Source: Epiperipatus broadwayi (Eukaryota > Animalia > Onychophora). From it: 64,000 nt of DNA. The stretch lies in NCBI GenBank assembly GCA_028023455.1, contig JAQFVV010000006.1:18724001-18788000 (forward strand), read 5' to 3'. The notes under the pieces are model-generated. The model was not told the origin of the DNA. It made no database searches and worked only from the letters and a program-made list of their open reading frames with translations. Within the stretch, counting starts at the first letter, position 1. Every line of letters starts with the position of its first letter. This document shows, one piece after another, positions 41,256-54,001 of the stretch. Made by a program: the position numbers and the translations under genes.

Positions 41256-44200
41256 CAGGTAGTTGTGAGTTTTGACCCATGTGGTCACCAGAGGCACTGG
41301 TCAGGGTCAACCACAGAAATACATAGAGTAAGGGCCCCAAATGCAGCATTACAAATTCCAGCCGAAAGGTAGTGCTGTTCACAATGCGTAAGCACAGGAA
41401 CATTCCACCAGCTGGCTGGCAGCAAAGCTGCCCGCTTGGTGGCACTGGTCACAGTGCGTAAGCCCATTTAGCTTACATCGTCTGCTACTAGCAGATACCA
41501 AGAACCTAGGTGGCGCTGATTGCCATAAACACATCTAGCTTATGTGTTGTCTGCTAACAGCGACTACCAAGATTCTAGCGCACTACATGGCGCTGTTTCT
41601 CCACAGTTACACATGGAAAAACTATGCACTGATAGAGTTTAGGTACCTACTACTTAAAATATGAATGGCGTATAATGTACAGGTGTGATTAATTAAGAAG
41701 CTACAACTATTTAAATATTCTTTCAAGCTTAATAGTATCATATGCTATTTCACAGTTTTATAAATGGATGTATTTTAAAAATTTTTTTTTTTTTAAAATC
41801 GATCTTTTTTTTTTTAATTATTTACTCTATGTCAAAATGTTATATATAAGTCAGGCGGTGAAATTTGCTATCATGGCCGCTTGAATGGCATCATAGATTT
41901 ACATACGAAAGTATGCTATAATTAGACAGGTTTGATAAAATTATCGCGTAGAAATCCTCATAATTATTCATAAAATATTTTATTAATCTATAAGTCAATT
42001 TTAAATTTAAAAATCAATCTTTTTTTTTTAATTATTTACTCTAAAAGTGTTTTTTTTTTTTAAAAGCTAATTTTTTCCCCCTTCTTTCAAAACTAGAGAC
42101 ATTCCAAAGATAAAATCTAATATATTTAATTAATAGGGGCTTTACTAATGAATAGCTATGGTCAATTAGTGAATTGGATTGATTTAATGAGACAGAAACT
42201 GATATATGATGAATTATATTTATTTAAAATTTCATATATGCTTGATATAATCCATTACTTAGCGTTGGATAATGCACGCAGGCATTTTATTTACTAAACA
42301 ACATTACTCTAGGCCATTTAGCAAAATAAATTTGTGGCTATTATTTAATTGCGCTAATTTTATGCTATATAATAAATCACTACATTCCACTTATTAGTTA
42401 TGCCCTTTCATCATCAGTTCGAGTGGCTATTATACATGTAATCAAACCAAGTCTGGAGTGAAGTTTAATAATACATCCAATTATGATAAATTTATATATT
42501 AAATATAGGCATATAAAGCCTTACAGATAGCTTTAGATCGAACAGGTTTTCAAGAATGCTTCATTTCAACGCGAGAGTTGGCTATAAAGATTTTACTAAT
42601 ATGCTACGCACAAGTAAAATATAATAGTAAAGTAGCTCTGCGGACGGATGAATAGATTTTAGGGTTTTCATGACCAACACCAGTTTACCCAATGACCGAT
42701 CGTCATGCTGCTAAAAGGGAACCTTCATTTGGTTCATAAGAGGCCAGGGACATACGTACTAATCTGGCCCTTAGCTCAGTCTTAGCTACTGCACTACCCA
42801 TACGAGAGGAAGATGAGCTGGACTTACCGTGGCTCCATCTTATATATATATAAAAACAGTACAACGATAAAATATTGATAAATTTCACATCCGCCAAGCC
42901 GAAGTATATTATAAATTAAATACCATACATTAAATGAACACTAGTTTTGTCAGCTTGATTAAAAGAGCCAACTCTTCTGTAGCATGAGAAATACATATAA
43001 ACTACTGACGGGAATATATATATATACACAAACTTTACTTTATCCTGCTCAATCTCTTATTTATGTATAATTAATAAACTTTTAAAGGGGGAAAGTATAT
43101 TTAAGGGACTTACGAATACTTTAATAAGAAAAATATACTTATGATTACACTCCAAGCTAGTTTAATCTTTAGTAACATAATAATTAAAGGTTGAAAGTTT
43201 GGATTTATAAGCCACATTTTATATTTACATTAATTATTTACTAAATGACAAAATAATAACGAGCACAAAGGGTCGCCATTATTTATAAATTAGGGGTTCG
43301 AAACGGAGTGCTAAATGACGCTATAATTAATACAATACGAAGATTTTAAATAATATCTTCAAAAAGTATATATTTCATAACTAAATGCACGCCGTTTCGG
43401 GACAGGCATAATTAATAATAACTAAAAGAAGCAAGAGAGAAATAAATATAACTGTAGTGATTAAGTTATATAGCAAAACAAGAAGTTAATAAAGGAAATT
43501 AACAAAAGTATGTCATTTATAGAATTGAAATATTATTGATAAGACAATTTAGAAAGAGTTTACAATATAGTTAGCTAACCTGATTTTGAAGCAATAATGA
43601 TTATTTTGAATTTTTCACAGAGCTCTGCGATTTTAATAATTTTAAAACAGATACTCGAGCTGGAATGAAGGTGGGTTCTTTGGCGGCTTATGGCATCTTC
43701 TCTTTAGTTGGGAGACGATTTAAGATGATATTCCTATAGCTGGAGTTGGGGTAGTTGAGTTTGAAGGAAGGTGAGTTCTTTTAACATCTTATGGCATCTT
43801 CTATTTATTATAAGCTTGTTAAGGCAACGTTAATTGTTGCTCCGGCCTTGGATGGATCAAATTCTGACGTTCCATCACGGCAAAGGCAACAAATTCTTGC
43901 CTGACTAGCAGGCCATAGATAAATTAACAAATTGTCAGCTTCTCATAGTAACAGCTTTTCAAAAGCAGATGGAGTATCTTTTCCGCTAGCTTATTTATAT
44001 ATTTCTACCAAGCCTTAACACCTTTTTGGAATTTCGTTTGCCTCAGGACCAATCGACTTTTAATTAAACAAAATCATATAATCTAATTTCTACTACTGAT
44101 AAAGTCTCCAAGGTGTTATTTTTAATTTACTTTAAAAAATTATTAAAATATATAAATTATATAATTTTGATTCCGATTTCATTAATTAAATTTCTTTTTA

Positions 44201-47200
44201 GGTGTTATAAAATGTTATGGCTTAGCAGATAGTAACGGTATTATGATTTAATGATAAAATCTTTTGTTGAAACAAATTCAATCAGTAAACTAGATTTTAC
44301 TTTTACCCCAGGTGCGGTCACTAATTGATTTCTTGTTTACACTAAATTCCCATTTTTAATTATAAACTGATGACTTTTATTTTAACTAGATATAAATAAC
44401 TTTTAACATATTTTCTTTATATTGTTTATTTTAAAAAAAGCAAATTTGACAGATCTTATAAAAAAATACTTTAGTTTCAGTTATATCTATTAAACATTAA
44501 ATCAGAAAACCGTAAATATATTATAAAGAAAACATTTTACATTATTTTTATTTAATCTTAAATATTATATGTACAAATCATTATGCCATAATTTCATGGT
44601 TTAAATTATCCATCCACATACGAATATAATACAAATATAAAATTTAGAATTGACTAACAAATCATTATGCCATAATTTCATGGTTTAAATTATCCATCCA
44701 CATACGAATATAATACAAATATAAAATTTAGAACTGACTATGTCAATTCTAAATTTTATATTTGTATTATATTCATATGTGGATGGATAATTTAAATTTT
44801 ATATTTGTATTATATTCGTATGTGGATGGATAATTTAAATCAGTGTTTCCCAACCTGTGGTACGCGTACCACTGGTGGTACGCGAGTTGCTGGTTGGTGG
44901 TACACGAAAAATAATCAATAATGATGGACATAAAAAAAAAATTAAATCATAAAAATATAGAAACGTTTTTTCCTATAATTCATAAAAATTATTTTAATTA
45001 ATAATATTATACTGTAAAGTTGTTAATATGTACAGTCGATAACGATCTTTAATGTTAATGATAAAATTGAAAGTATGATTAAGAAATTAGATTTTTGGAA
45101 ACAGTAATATATATAAGTATCGAAAACAATCAACTGGAAGTATCCGAAACTCTACATAATTTTTTTGTTTGAAAATAAGGTTAGTCTGTCTCAAGATATA
45201 CGAGAAAATATAATAACACACTTAACAGGATTAAAATTGTCTTTCATAGAATATTTTCCAAAATCCGAAAACACAAATGATAATTGGATTTCAAACCTCT
45301 TCTATGCAGAAAATTTAGAAAAAGCTACATCATTATCAATAAAGGATAAAGAAAATTTAATAGAATTATCATGTGACAAAACTTTACAAGTAGAATTCAA
45401 ATGACACAATCTAATTAATTTTTGGTTAAACATTAAAGAATATGAACAACTTTCTGAGAAAGATCTTAAATTATTACTACCGTTTACTAGTACGGAAATA
45501 GTAGGAAGAGGTTTTTCTTCATATATTTCTTTAAAAAATAAGTATCGAAACAGATTGAACGCAGCTGTAGGCTTAAGGGTATACCTCGCATCTTTTGAAT
45601 CAAATTTCAAAAAATTATGTTGTTCGAAACAAGCACAAAGATCTCATTAAATTTATTTTATAAAAATATTTGATTATGATAAGAAAATATACTAATTGTT
45701 TTTTTATAATTTTGTGTTTTTATTAAAACCATTTATTAGTAAACGAAATATGACAAAATAGTAGATAAATAATGAGTCGGATCAAGGCAAATCAATCTAA
45801 ATTATTTAATTTGAAAGAATGTATCAGAAAAGGGTCATACCCAGAAATTAGACTCTCATTAATTCTTGATCATCTATTGTGGATTACTAGATGTAAGTTA
45901 GTATTTAATCATCAAAATTTTAATCCTATTAACTTCATGCTGAACAATATAAAGAAAACAAGAACAAGAGATAGCCTGATAACCCCTGAGGTTATTTTTA
46001 CCATGACATGCTGGATTTACCCTCTCCATGGCCCAACCAATAGCAAGATGCTCCAAAAAAAGGGAAAACAGACTCAAATTCGGGAAAAACAAATGAAGGA
46101 ATGAGAAAACACTTTGAACAAAATATGTACCAAATAACCTTTAATGTAATAATGTAATTTTTAATAAATTATTTTGGAAAAAATATGAAACTTTGAACAA
46201 ACACATACATATAAATATGTTACAGTGAGTTTATAATTTCAGTGAGTTTATAATCTGGTATGACGTTTAGGCGTGTTTCAATGTAATTTGTCTCATTATG
46301 AGATGTGAATACATACATGGTCACCCTATAATATTTATAATGCAAATAAAATAACACACTCGCAATAACAAATTTCATGAAAATACAATCATTTTTACAA
46401 AGTGGTACAATTTAGCATAATGTAGTACCAAGTGGTACGCGAGCCAAAAAAGGTTGGGAAACGCTGATTGAAATCATGAAATTATGGCATAATGATTTGT
46501 ACATATAATATTTAAGATATTTTCTTTATAATATATTTACAGTTTTCTGATTTAATGTTTAATAGATATAACTGAAACTAAAGTATTTTTTTATAAGATC
46601 TGTCAAATTTGCATTTTTTAAAATAAACAATATAAAGAAAATATGTTAAAAGTTATTTATATCTAGTTAAAATAAAAGTCATCAGTTTATAATTAAAAAT
46701 GGGAATTTTTGTGTAAACAAGAAATCAATTAGTAAGTGCACCTGGGGTAAAAGTAAAATCTAGTTTACTGATTGAATTTGTTTCAACAAAAGATTTTATC
46801 ATTAAATCATAATACCGTTACTATCTGCTAAGCCGTAACATTTTATAACACCTAAAAAGAAATTTAATTAATGAAATTGGAATCAAAATTATATAATTTA
46901 TATATTTTAATAATTTTTTTAAGTAAATTAAAAATAACACCTTGGAGACTTTATCAGTAGTAGAAATTAGCTTATATGATTTTGTTAATTAAAAGTCGAT
47001 TGGTCCTGAGGCAAACAAAATTCCAAAAAGGTGTTAAGGCTTGGTGGAAATATATAAATAGGCTAGCGGAAAAGATACTCCATCTTGCTTTTGAAGAGCT
47101 GTTACTACGAGAAGCTGAAAATTTGTTAATTTATCTATGGCCTGCTAGTCAGGCAAGAATTTGTTGCCGTTGCCGTGATGAAACGTCGGAATTTGATCCA

Positions 47201-49830
47201 TCCAAGGCCAGAGCAACAACCAACATTACCTTAACAAGCTTATAATAAATAGAAGATGCCATAAGACGTAAAAGAACTCGCCTTCTTTCAAATTCAACTA
47301 CCCCAACTCCAGCTATAGGAATATCATCTTAAATCGTCTCCCAACTAAAGAGAAGATGCCATAAGCCACCAAAGAACTCACCTTCATTGCAGCTCAAGTA
47401 TCTGTTTTAAAATTATTAAAATCGCAGAGCTCTGTGTAAAATTCAAAATAATTATTATTGCTTCAAAATCAGGTTAGCTAACTATATTGTAAACTCTTTC
47501 TAAATTGTCTTATCAATAATATTTCAATTCTATAAATGACATACTTTTGTTAATTTCCTTTATTAATTTCTTGTTTTGCTATATAACTTAATCACTGCAG
47601 TTATATTTATTTCTCTCTTGCTTATTTTAGTTATTACTAATTATGCCTGTCTCAAAACAGCGCGCATTTAGTTACAAAATATATACTTTTTGAAGACATT
47701 ATTTAAAATCTTCGTATTGTATTAATTATAGCGTCATTTAGCACTCCGTTTCGAACCTCTAATTTATAAATAATGGCAACTCTTTGTGCTTGTTATTATT
47801 TTGTCATTTAGTAAATAATTAATGTAAATATAAAATGTGGCTTATAAATCCAAACTTTCAACCTTTAATTATTATGTTACTAAAGATTAAACTAGCCTGG
47901 AGTGTAATCATAAGTATATTTTTCTTCTTAAAGTATTTGTAAGTCCCTTAAATATACTTTCCCTTTTTGAAAGTTTATTAATTATACATAACTAAGAGAT
48001 TGAGAGGGATAAAGTAAAGTTTGTGTATGTCAGTAGTTTATATGTATTTCTCATGCTACAGAAGAGTTGGCTCTTTTAATCAAGCTGACAAAACTAGTGT
48101 TCATTTAATGTATGGTATTTAATTTATGATATACTTCGGCTTGGCGGATGTGAAATTTATCAATATTTTATTGTTGTGCTGTTTATATATATATATAAGA
48201 TGGAGCCACAGTAAGTCCAGCTCATCTTCCTCTCTTATGGGTAGTGCAGTAGCTAAGACTGAGCTAAGGGCCAGATTAGTACGTAAGTCCCTGGCCTCTT
48301 ATGAACCAAATAAAGGTTCCCTTTTAGCAGTATGACGATCGGTCATTGGGTAAACCGGTGTTGGTCATGAAAACCCTAAAATCTATTCATCCATCCGCAG
48401 AGCCACTTTATTATTATATTTTACTTGTGCGTAGCATATTAGTAAAATCTTTATAGCCAACTCCCGCATTGAACCGAAGCATTCTTGAAAACCTGTTCAA
48501 TCCAAAGCTATCTGTGAGGCTTTATATGCCCATATTTAATATGTAAATTTATCGTAATCGGATGTATTATTAAACTTCACTCCAGACTTGTTTTGATTAC
48601 ATGTATAATAGCCACTCGAACTGATGATGAAACTAATAAGTGAAATGTAGTGATTTATTATATAGCATAAAATTAGCGCAATTAAATAATAGCCACAAAT
48701 TTATTTTGCTAAATGGCATAGAGTAATGTTGTTTAGTAAATAAAATGCCTGCGTGCATTATCCAATGCTAAGTAATGGGTTATATCAAGTATATATGAAA
48801 TTGTCAATAAATATAATTCATCATATATCAGTTTCTGTTTCATTAAATCAATCCAATTCACTAATTGACCATAGCTATTTATTAGTAAAGCCCCTATTAA
48901 TTAAATATATTAGGATTTTATCTTTGGAATGTCTCCAGTTTTGAAAGAAGGGGTGGAAAATTAGCTTTTTTTTTTTTTAAAAAAAAAAAACCGATTGTCG
49001 TAAAAATTACATTTTTTTTTAATTTAAAGAAAAACCACTTTTAGAGTAAATAATTAAAAAAAAAAAAGATTGATTTTTTAATTTAGAATTGACTTGTAGA
49101 TTAATAAAATATTTTATGAATAATTATGAGGATTTCTACGCGATAATTTTATCAAACCTGTGTAATTATAGCGTACTTTCGTATGTAAATCTATGATGCC
49201 ATTCAAGCGGCCATGATAGCAAATTTCACCACTCGACTTATATATAACATTTTGACATAGAGTAAATAATTAAAAAAAAAAAGATCGATTTTTAAAATAA
49301 AAAAAATTTAAAAATACATCCATTTATAAAACTGTGAAATAGCATGTGAGACTATTAAGTTTGAAAGAATATTTAAATAATTGTAGCTTCTTAATTAATC
49401 ACACCTGTACATTATACGCCTTTCATATTTTAAGTAGTTTGTACATAAACTCTATCAGTGCGTAGTTTTTCCATGTGTAACTGTGGAGAAACAGCGTCAT
49501 GTAGTGGGCTAGAATCTTGGTAGTCGCTGTTAGCAGATGACACATAAGCTAGATGTGTTTATGGCAATCAGCACACCTAGGTTCTTGGTATCTGCTAGTA
49601 GCATATGATGTAAGCTAAATGGGCTTACACACTGTGACCAGTGCCACCAAGCGGGCAGCTTTGCTGCCAGCCAGCTGGTGGCATGTTTCTGTGCTTACAC
49701 ATTGTGAACAGCATCACCTTTCAGCTGGAATTTGCAATGCTGCATTTGGGGCCCCCACTCTAACTATTTCTGTGGTTGACCCCAACCAGCGCCTCTGGTG
49801 GCCACATGGGTCAAAACTCCCAACTACCTC
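41256..49830. mobile_element. Giant foldback/palindromic element (~3.5 kb inverted arms), probably derived from a DNA transposon
   Basis: 41257 aggtagttgtgagttttgacccatgtgg... is the reverse complement of 49829 ...ccacatgggtcaaaactcccaactacct. Mirror homology continues to the apex tgac-tat-gtca at 44735-44745. About 17 differences in the terminal ~215 nt, counted by eye. Confidence 0.92.
44841..46466 (+). mobile_element. Non-autonomous hAT (Buster/Charlie-like) transposon with transposase C-terminal remnant
   Basis: TIRs cagtgtttcccaacct / aggttgggaaacgctg; 8-bp TSD atttaaat / attgaaat (nnnTAnnn Buster preference). Translation LIELSCDKTLQVEFK..INFWLNIKEY..LLPFTST..GFSSYISLKNKYRNRLN..KQAQRSH* (hAT dimerisation domain). 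Confidence 0.92.
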
Positions 49831-52800
49831 AATTTATTTCACTTAAGCTCCCCCACCCACTGCTTTCAGTTTTAAACATCACATGACCTCTGTTATATTT
49901 GGCTGAATTGCAGGTTTCAGACTTAAACCAATAGTAATATGAAAAAATTATAAATGCTCACTATTTAATATCCATAATTTATTAGAACAAATATAATTAG
50001 TACATACAGTGTGACATATAACTTTGTCATTAATGGGCTGGTCATGCTGAATGACTGGATTCACTTCCAGCTGTATATTTAGCTTACCTCATGAACTCTA
50101 GTCTAAACTCTTCCATCTGTACTGGATAGCTTGCCTTGAGTTTGTTGAATGACTCTCTCAGCTGTAATATACAGCCTGCCTCGAGTCTGCCTATGTCATA
50201 GCAATTTCCAATCTTATCAGGACTTGCCTCACTGTGTATATGTATCGGTAATGAATATAGTAGAAAACACTTTCACTGTTGGAAGTGGTTTCCATGGAGA
50301 GCACATTCAGTCATTCAGATAGACGTTCTCTGCCTTGCCTCCAAAAAGGCTATTTATTGCCAGATCCCTTCCTTTAATGGCAGCAGTCAGATTCAGAAAG
50401 CCTAACCAATGATAGGATTTTATACACATGTTTACTCATTGGCCATACTTGTTTTTATCCTTTGGCCATTTTTATGCATTGGTTGTCCGCATGTTTACAC
50501 ATTGGTTAGTAGCAACAAGTCCGATCAGGTAAGGAATCTGGTCTAATCACTTCTGAAGGCAAGGTCAGATTTGACAACCTCCAAAAGTTGTCTTTTGATA
50601 TATGTTTATTTATCAGATTAATATAGCCAGAATAAAAATTGGGTAAAATTTGATAAAAGACATTAAATTTGAATAAAAGATTTTTATCAGGTATGCAACC
50701 TGTTACCTACTTATTTAATTCTTCAAAACTGCCGGAAGTGTTGCCAGTAAGAAAGAATGAGATCTTTAAATTATATTAGGCAGATGATAAAGAAATGCTA
50801 AAAGAGAGTTACCAAGCAAGTCTGAAAGAGAATGAGAAAGTATAAATGGCCAGCAATATAAGAAGTTATGTTATTATTGGAAGGACAGTAAGTTGAAGAA
50901 TAGAGAAAGTCAAGTATTTCAGTGTTAAAGATTTTAAAAGTATAGAAATGGGAATGTTGTGATAGTTTGAGAAACCACAAAAGAAATATAAGATCTTTTT
51001 TTTTTTTTTTTATCAAAAGATCTTTATTGACTTCGTTTAAAATTTGAATTCACATTTTTACATCTTATGTTTTACAAAGTTTAATCAATGAATTTACTAA
51101 GTGTATATGGATACATCTATGGTAATCGTGAGATTGAAACCATAGTGGGCTTCATCATCCCCGGTTTAATTGTTTGAATTTACATTCTTAGTTCATATTT
51201 TATGATGCAGTGATAGCACATCTTGTCACTATGCCTATGATCTGTGTTTATATTCAGGCTAGTTCAAATTTTTTCAGGTTCCAATTAGGTTTGGTATTTT
51301 TTGTTTCCAGGGAATTCTAGACAGCCACCCAACATCAGACAGTCAATAGATATATTACTGTTCTTAGTTAGAAGACAAAACAAGAATGGAAAAGCATTCA
51401 AATTTGGCGAATGTTGCCTTCGTTGTTTCATGTTGGGAAAGTTTTTGCCCTGCATTAAGCAGTTTAAAAGCTGTCTATCTTTTTTAAATATATATATATG
51501 AGAGGAGAATATAAATTTTGTTCTTAAATTTTATAAGATCACCAATAAGACCACAACAAACAAAATTACTTTTATTAAATAAATATAATGATAATAGGTA
51601 GTACTTTGCTAAATTATTTGCATATAGCATCTAAACTTAATTCAAATTATAATCGTTTATATCCCAAAGTAAAATAACTTTTGAGCATGAAGTCTCAAAA
51701 ATTGATTTAAAATTAAACTGACTTGAAAGTATATTTATATTTGAGCGATTGTTTTTTTTTTTAATGAAAACTTAAAATCTGGTTTAGTAAAATAATCATA
51801 TGGTTAGTCTATTCGTATGAGCCTTGCATTACCCAAGTGACTGATAGAGCACAATTTTAAAAAAAAGAAACTCATTAGAAGGCCATGTAACGTTCATGCA
51901 TTAAGAATGCCAAACCGGGAATCCTTTAACCAATTTTTTTAAAAAAAAAAAAAAAAAGAAACTTTTCTCAGAAGGGATTCGTTTCAACAATCTTTAGCTA
52001 AATCCCTGTTCAACCATTGTATTGACCTGTAACGGTTAGTAATACAGTTGAAGCACCGACTATTACCAAAAACTTAACGTAAGTACGATTCTTAAATTCT
52101 TAACTGAAACTTTAAATTTGCAATTCGATTACTATGAATATATAGTTTCTGCTGGGAGATGTTATTATTCCAACTTTAATTTATTGTTAACATTCTTTTA
52201 TTTCGACAAAGTTCTATCGAAAAACTATTTCCAAGCCCCGCGCGTGCATTTTTTTTTTTTTTTAAAAAAAAAAAAAAGGAATATAAATTCTAAATTACGT
52301 ATTATCTTATTTTTTATTCATTTCTCTTTTTCTCTCTCTTTCAAAATGTTTAAATATTTCAGTCTAAATATTTTCACGTCCTTTTGAAGCACCTTTCATT
52401 GACTGATATTTTTACAAGACTACATTTGTCTCAAATAATGTTGACCCCATTTATAATTCCTTTGAATGTTTCATTACAGTTTAGAATACAACAAAAATAT
52501 TCACTTTGATTTATTTTTGGTGCCTATTATAATTTATCCAATTAAAAATTGGAACGCTAACAGAAAAATTGTTCCCATAAGTTGAGATACTCCAAGAAAT
52601 TAATACTTTACTTGAAATAAACTTGTAAGTTGCTATGACAACAAAGTAATTCAGTTTTGCAAATATTCTTGGATTAATATATTGACTATTGCTATATATT
52701 TATCCACTCTGTGTTTGATTAAATAAAATGGTGAAAAAATTAATTTAAGTATTCCAACTCCGTACAATTATATTATTAAAATTTTATATTTAAACTCTGA

Positions 52801-53176
52801 ATAAGTATTATTTTACATTAATTAAAAGATAATGATTTTTAAAATTTTATTATAAAAATTAAATGTTATTCAATCTATAACCTGTTTTATTGCATGGCTG
52901 ATTAATTAAAATCTCGAAATACTTAATTGTTTATAATTGGATTTTTTTATATATAATAAACTAATGATTAAATAATTGTAATCTAAATTTGTTCTTATAA
53001 GAAATCCTCTTTATGGACTGAAAGCATGGTTAATGATTTTCTAGAAATTGTCTTATTGTGGTCATACTAAATAGTGACAAAATCTCTATAGTCGTACCTC
53101 CTAGTGTAAGCCATAGTAATCAATGGATGCAAGGTTTGTGCATAAAATCCCTATCTAGTGCCTATTCATCCAATAT

Positions 53177-53218
53177 TCCCAGACTAGTTTCTAGTTTGTG
53201 GCTTTCATCAGTGAAGAG
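53177..53218 (-). ncRNA. Minimal hammerhead ribozyme, intact core
   Basis: ctcttca-CTGATGA-aAGCcacaaACTa-GAAA-CtaG-TC|tgggaa; stem II has one mismatch. Confidence 0.6.
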
Positions 53219-53544
53219 CTTTGGATCTGAGAGCACTGCACCTACATCTTAGAATTTAATATAACCTTCCAGCAGCCACCTTTTACTTTTTTTGGTTAAT
53301 TATAAAGTTATAAATCCACCTTTTGGTATCTTTGGTTCTTTAATAACAATAGTCACCATCATCCCATTAGCAGCAATGGCATTATATGACTAAACACCAC
53401 GTGATCTTCATTTTCTATGCAGACACAGGCTATCAAAATAGTGATAAGCTATGTATAGCATCACCTACTGATGCAAGCCCCAGTAATCATTGGATGCAAG
53501 AAGGTGGATGCATAAATTTCCTGTCTAGTGCTTACTTATCCATT

Positions 53545-53586
53545 ATCCTGACTAGTTTCTAGCTGGTGGCTTTCATCAGTGAGGAG
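53545..53586 (-). ncRNA. Minimal hammerhead ribozyme, intact core with compensatory stem II
   Basis: ctcctca-CTGATGA-aAGCcaccaGCTa-GAAA-CtaG-TC|aggat; helix I is weakened by a small deletion. Confidence 0.55.
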
Positions 53587-54001
53587 TCTTGAATCTGAAA
53601 GCATTGCCCTAAATTTTTAGAATTTAATACAGTCCTCCAACAGCCACCTTTTACTTTTTTGGTTAACTATAGAACTATGTGTCCAAAATTAAAACCCAGT
53701 TCCAGTATCAGTATATTTTGGTGACTTTAGTCCTTTAATAACCATAGTTGCAGGACTAGTATTAAATCACTAAACATCATATAATCACCATTTCCCATTC
53801 TTAACAAGCTGTTAAAGCAGAACAAACTCTCCATACAATAGCTCCACCTAGTGCAAGGCATAGTAATGGATGAAAGGAAGAAGATTTATCTGGGAATATT
53901 AGATAAATAGGCACTAGATACGGATTTTATGTACAAACCTTTTTGCCTCTATTGACTACTATGGTTTGCACTAGATGGCACTACTGTATGAGAGTTTGTC
54001 A

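Noticed and set aside
43650-44060. In-frame TAA stops as evidence of an alternative genetic code or RIP-like mutation
   Set aside because: Four stops in ~110 codons is near chance for AT-rich DNA; no independent support.
48615-48640. ctgatgatgaaa motifs (also 23329-23346 and 32410-32420) as hammerheads or snoRNA boxes
   Set aside because: There is no room for stem II and no helix I/III. At 23.3 and 32.4 kb they fit (CAT)n retroelement tails.
41256-49830. Palindrome as a Polinton/Maverick, viral genome or mitochondrial insertion
   Set aside because: No 6-bp TSD, no polB, integrase or capsid ORFs, and no recognisable mitochondrial genes, rRNAs or tRNAs.
49815-49831. let-7-like TGAGGTAGT on the minus strand at the palindrome terminus
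   Set aside because: Only 9 nt match, there is no pre-miRNA hairpin, and it is the element end.
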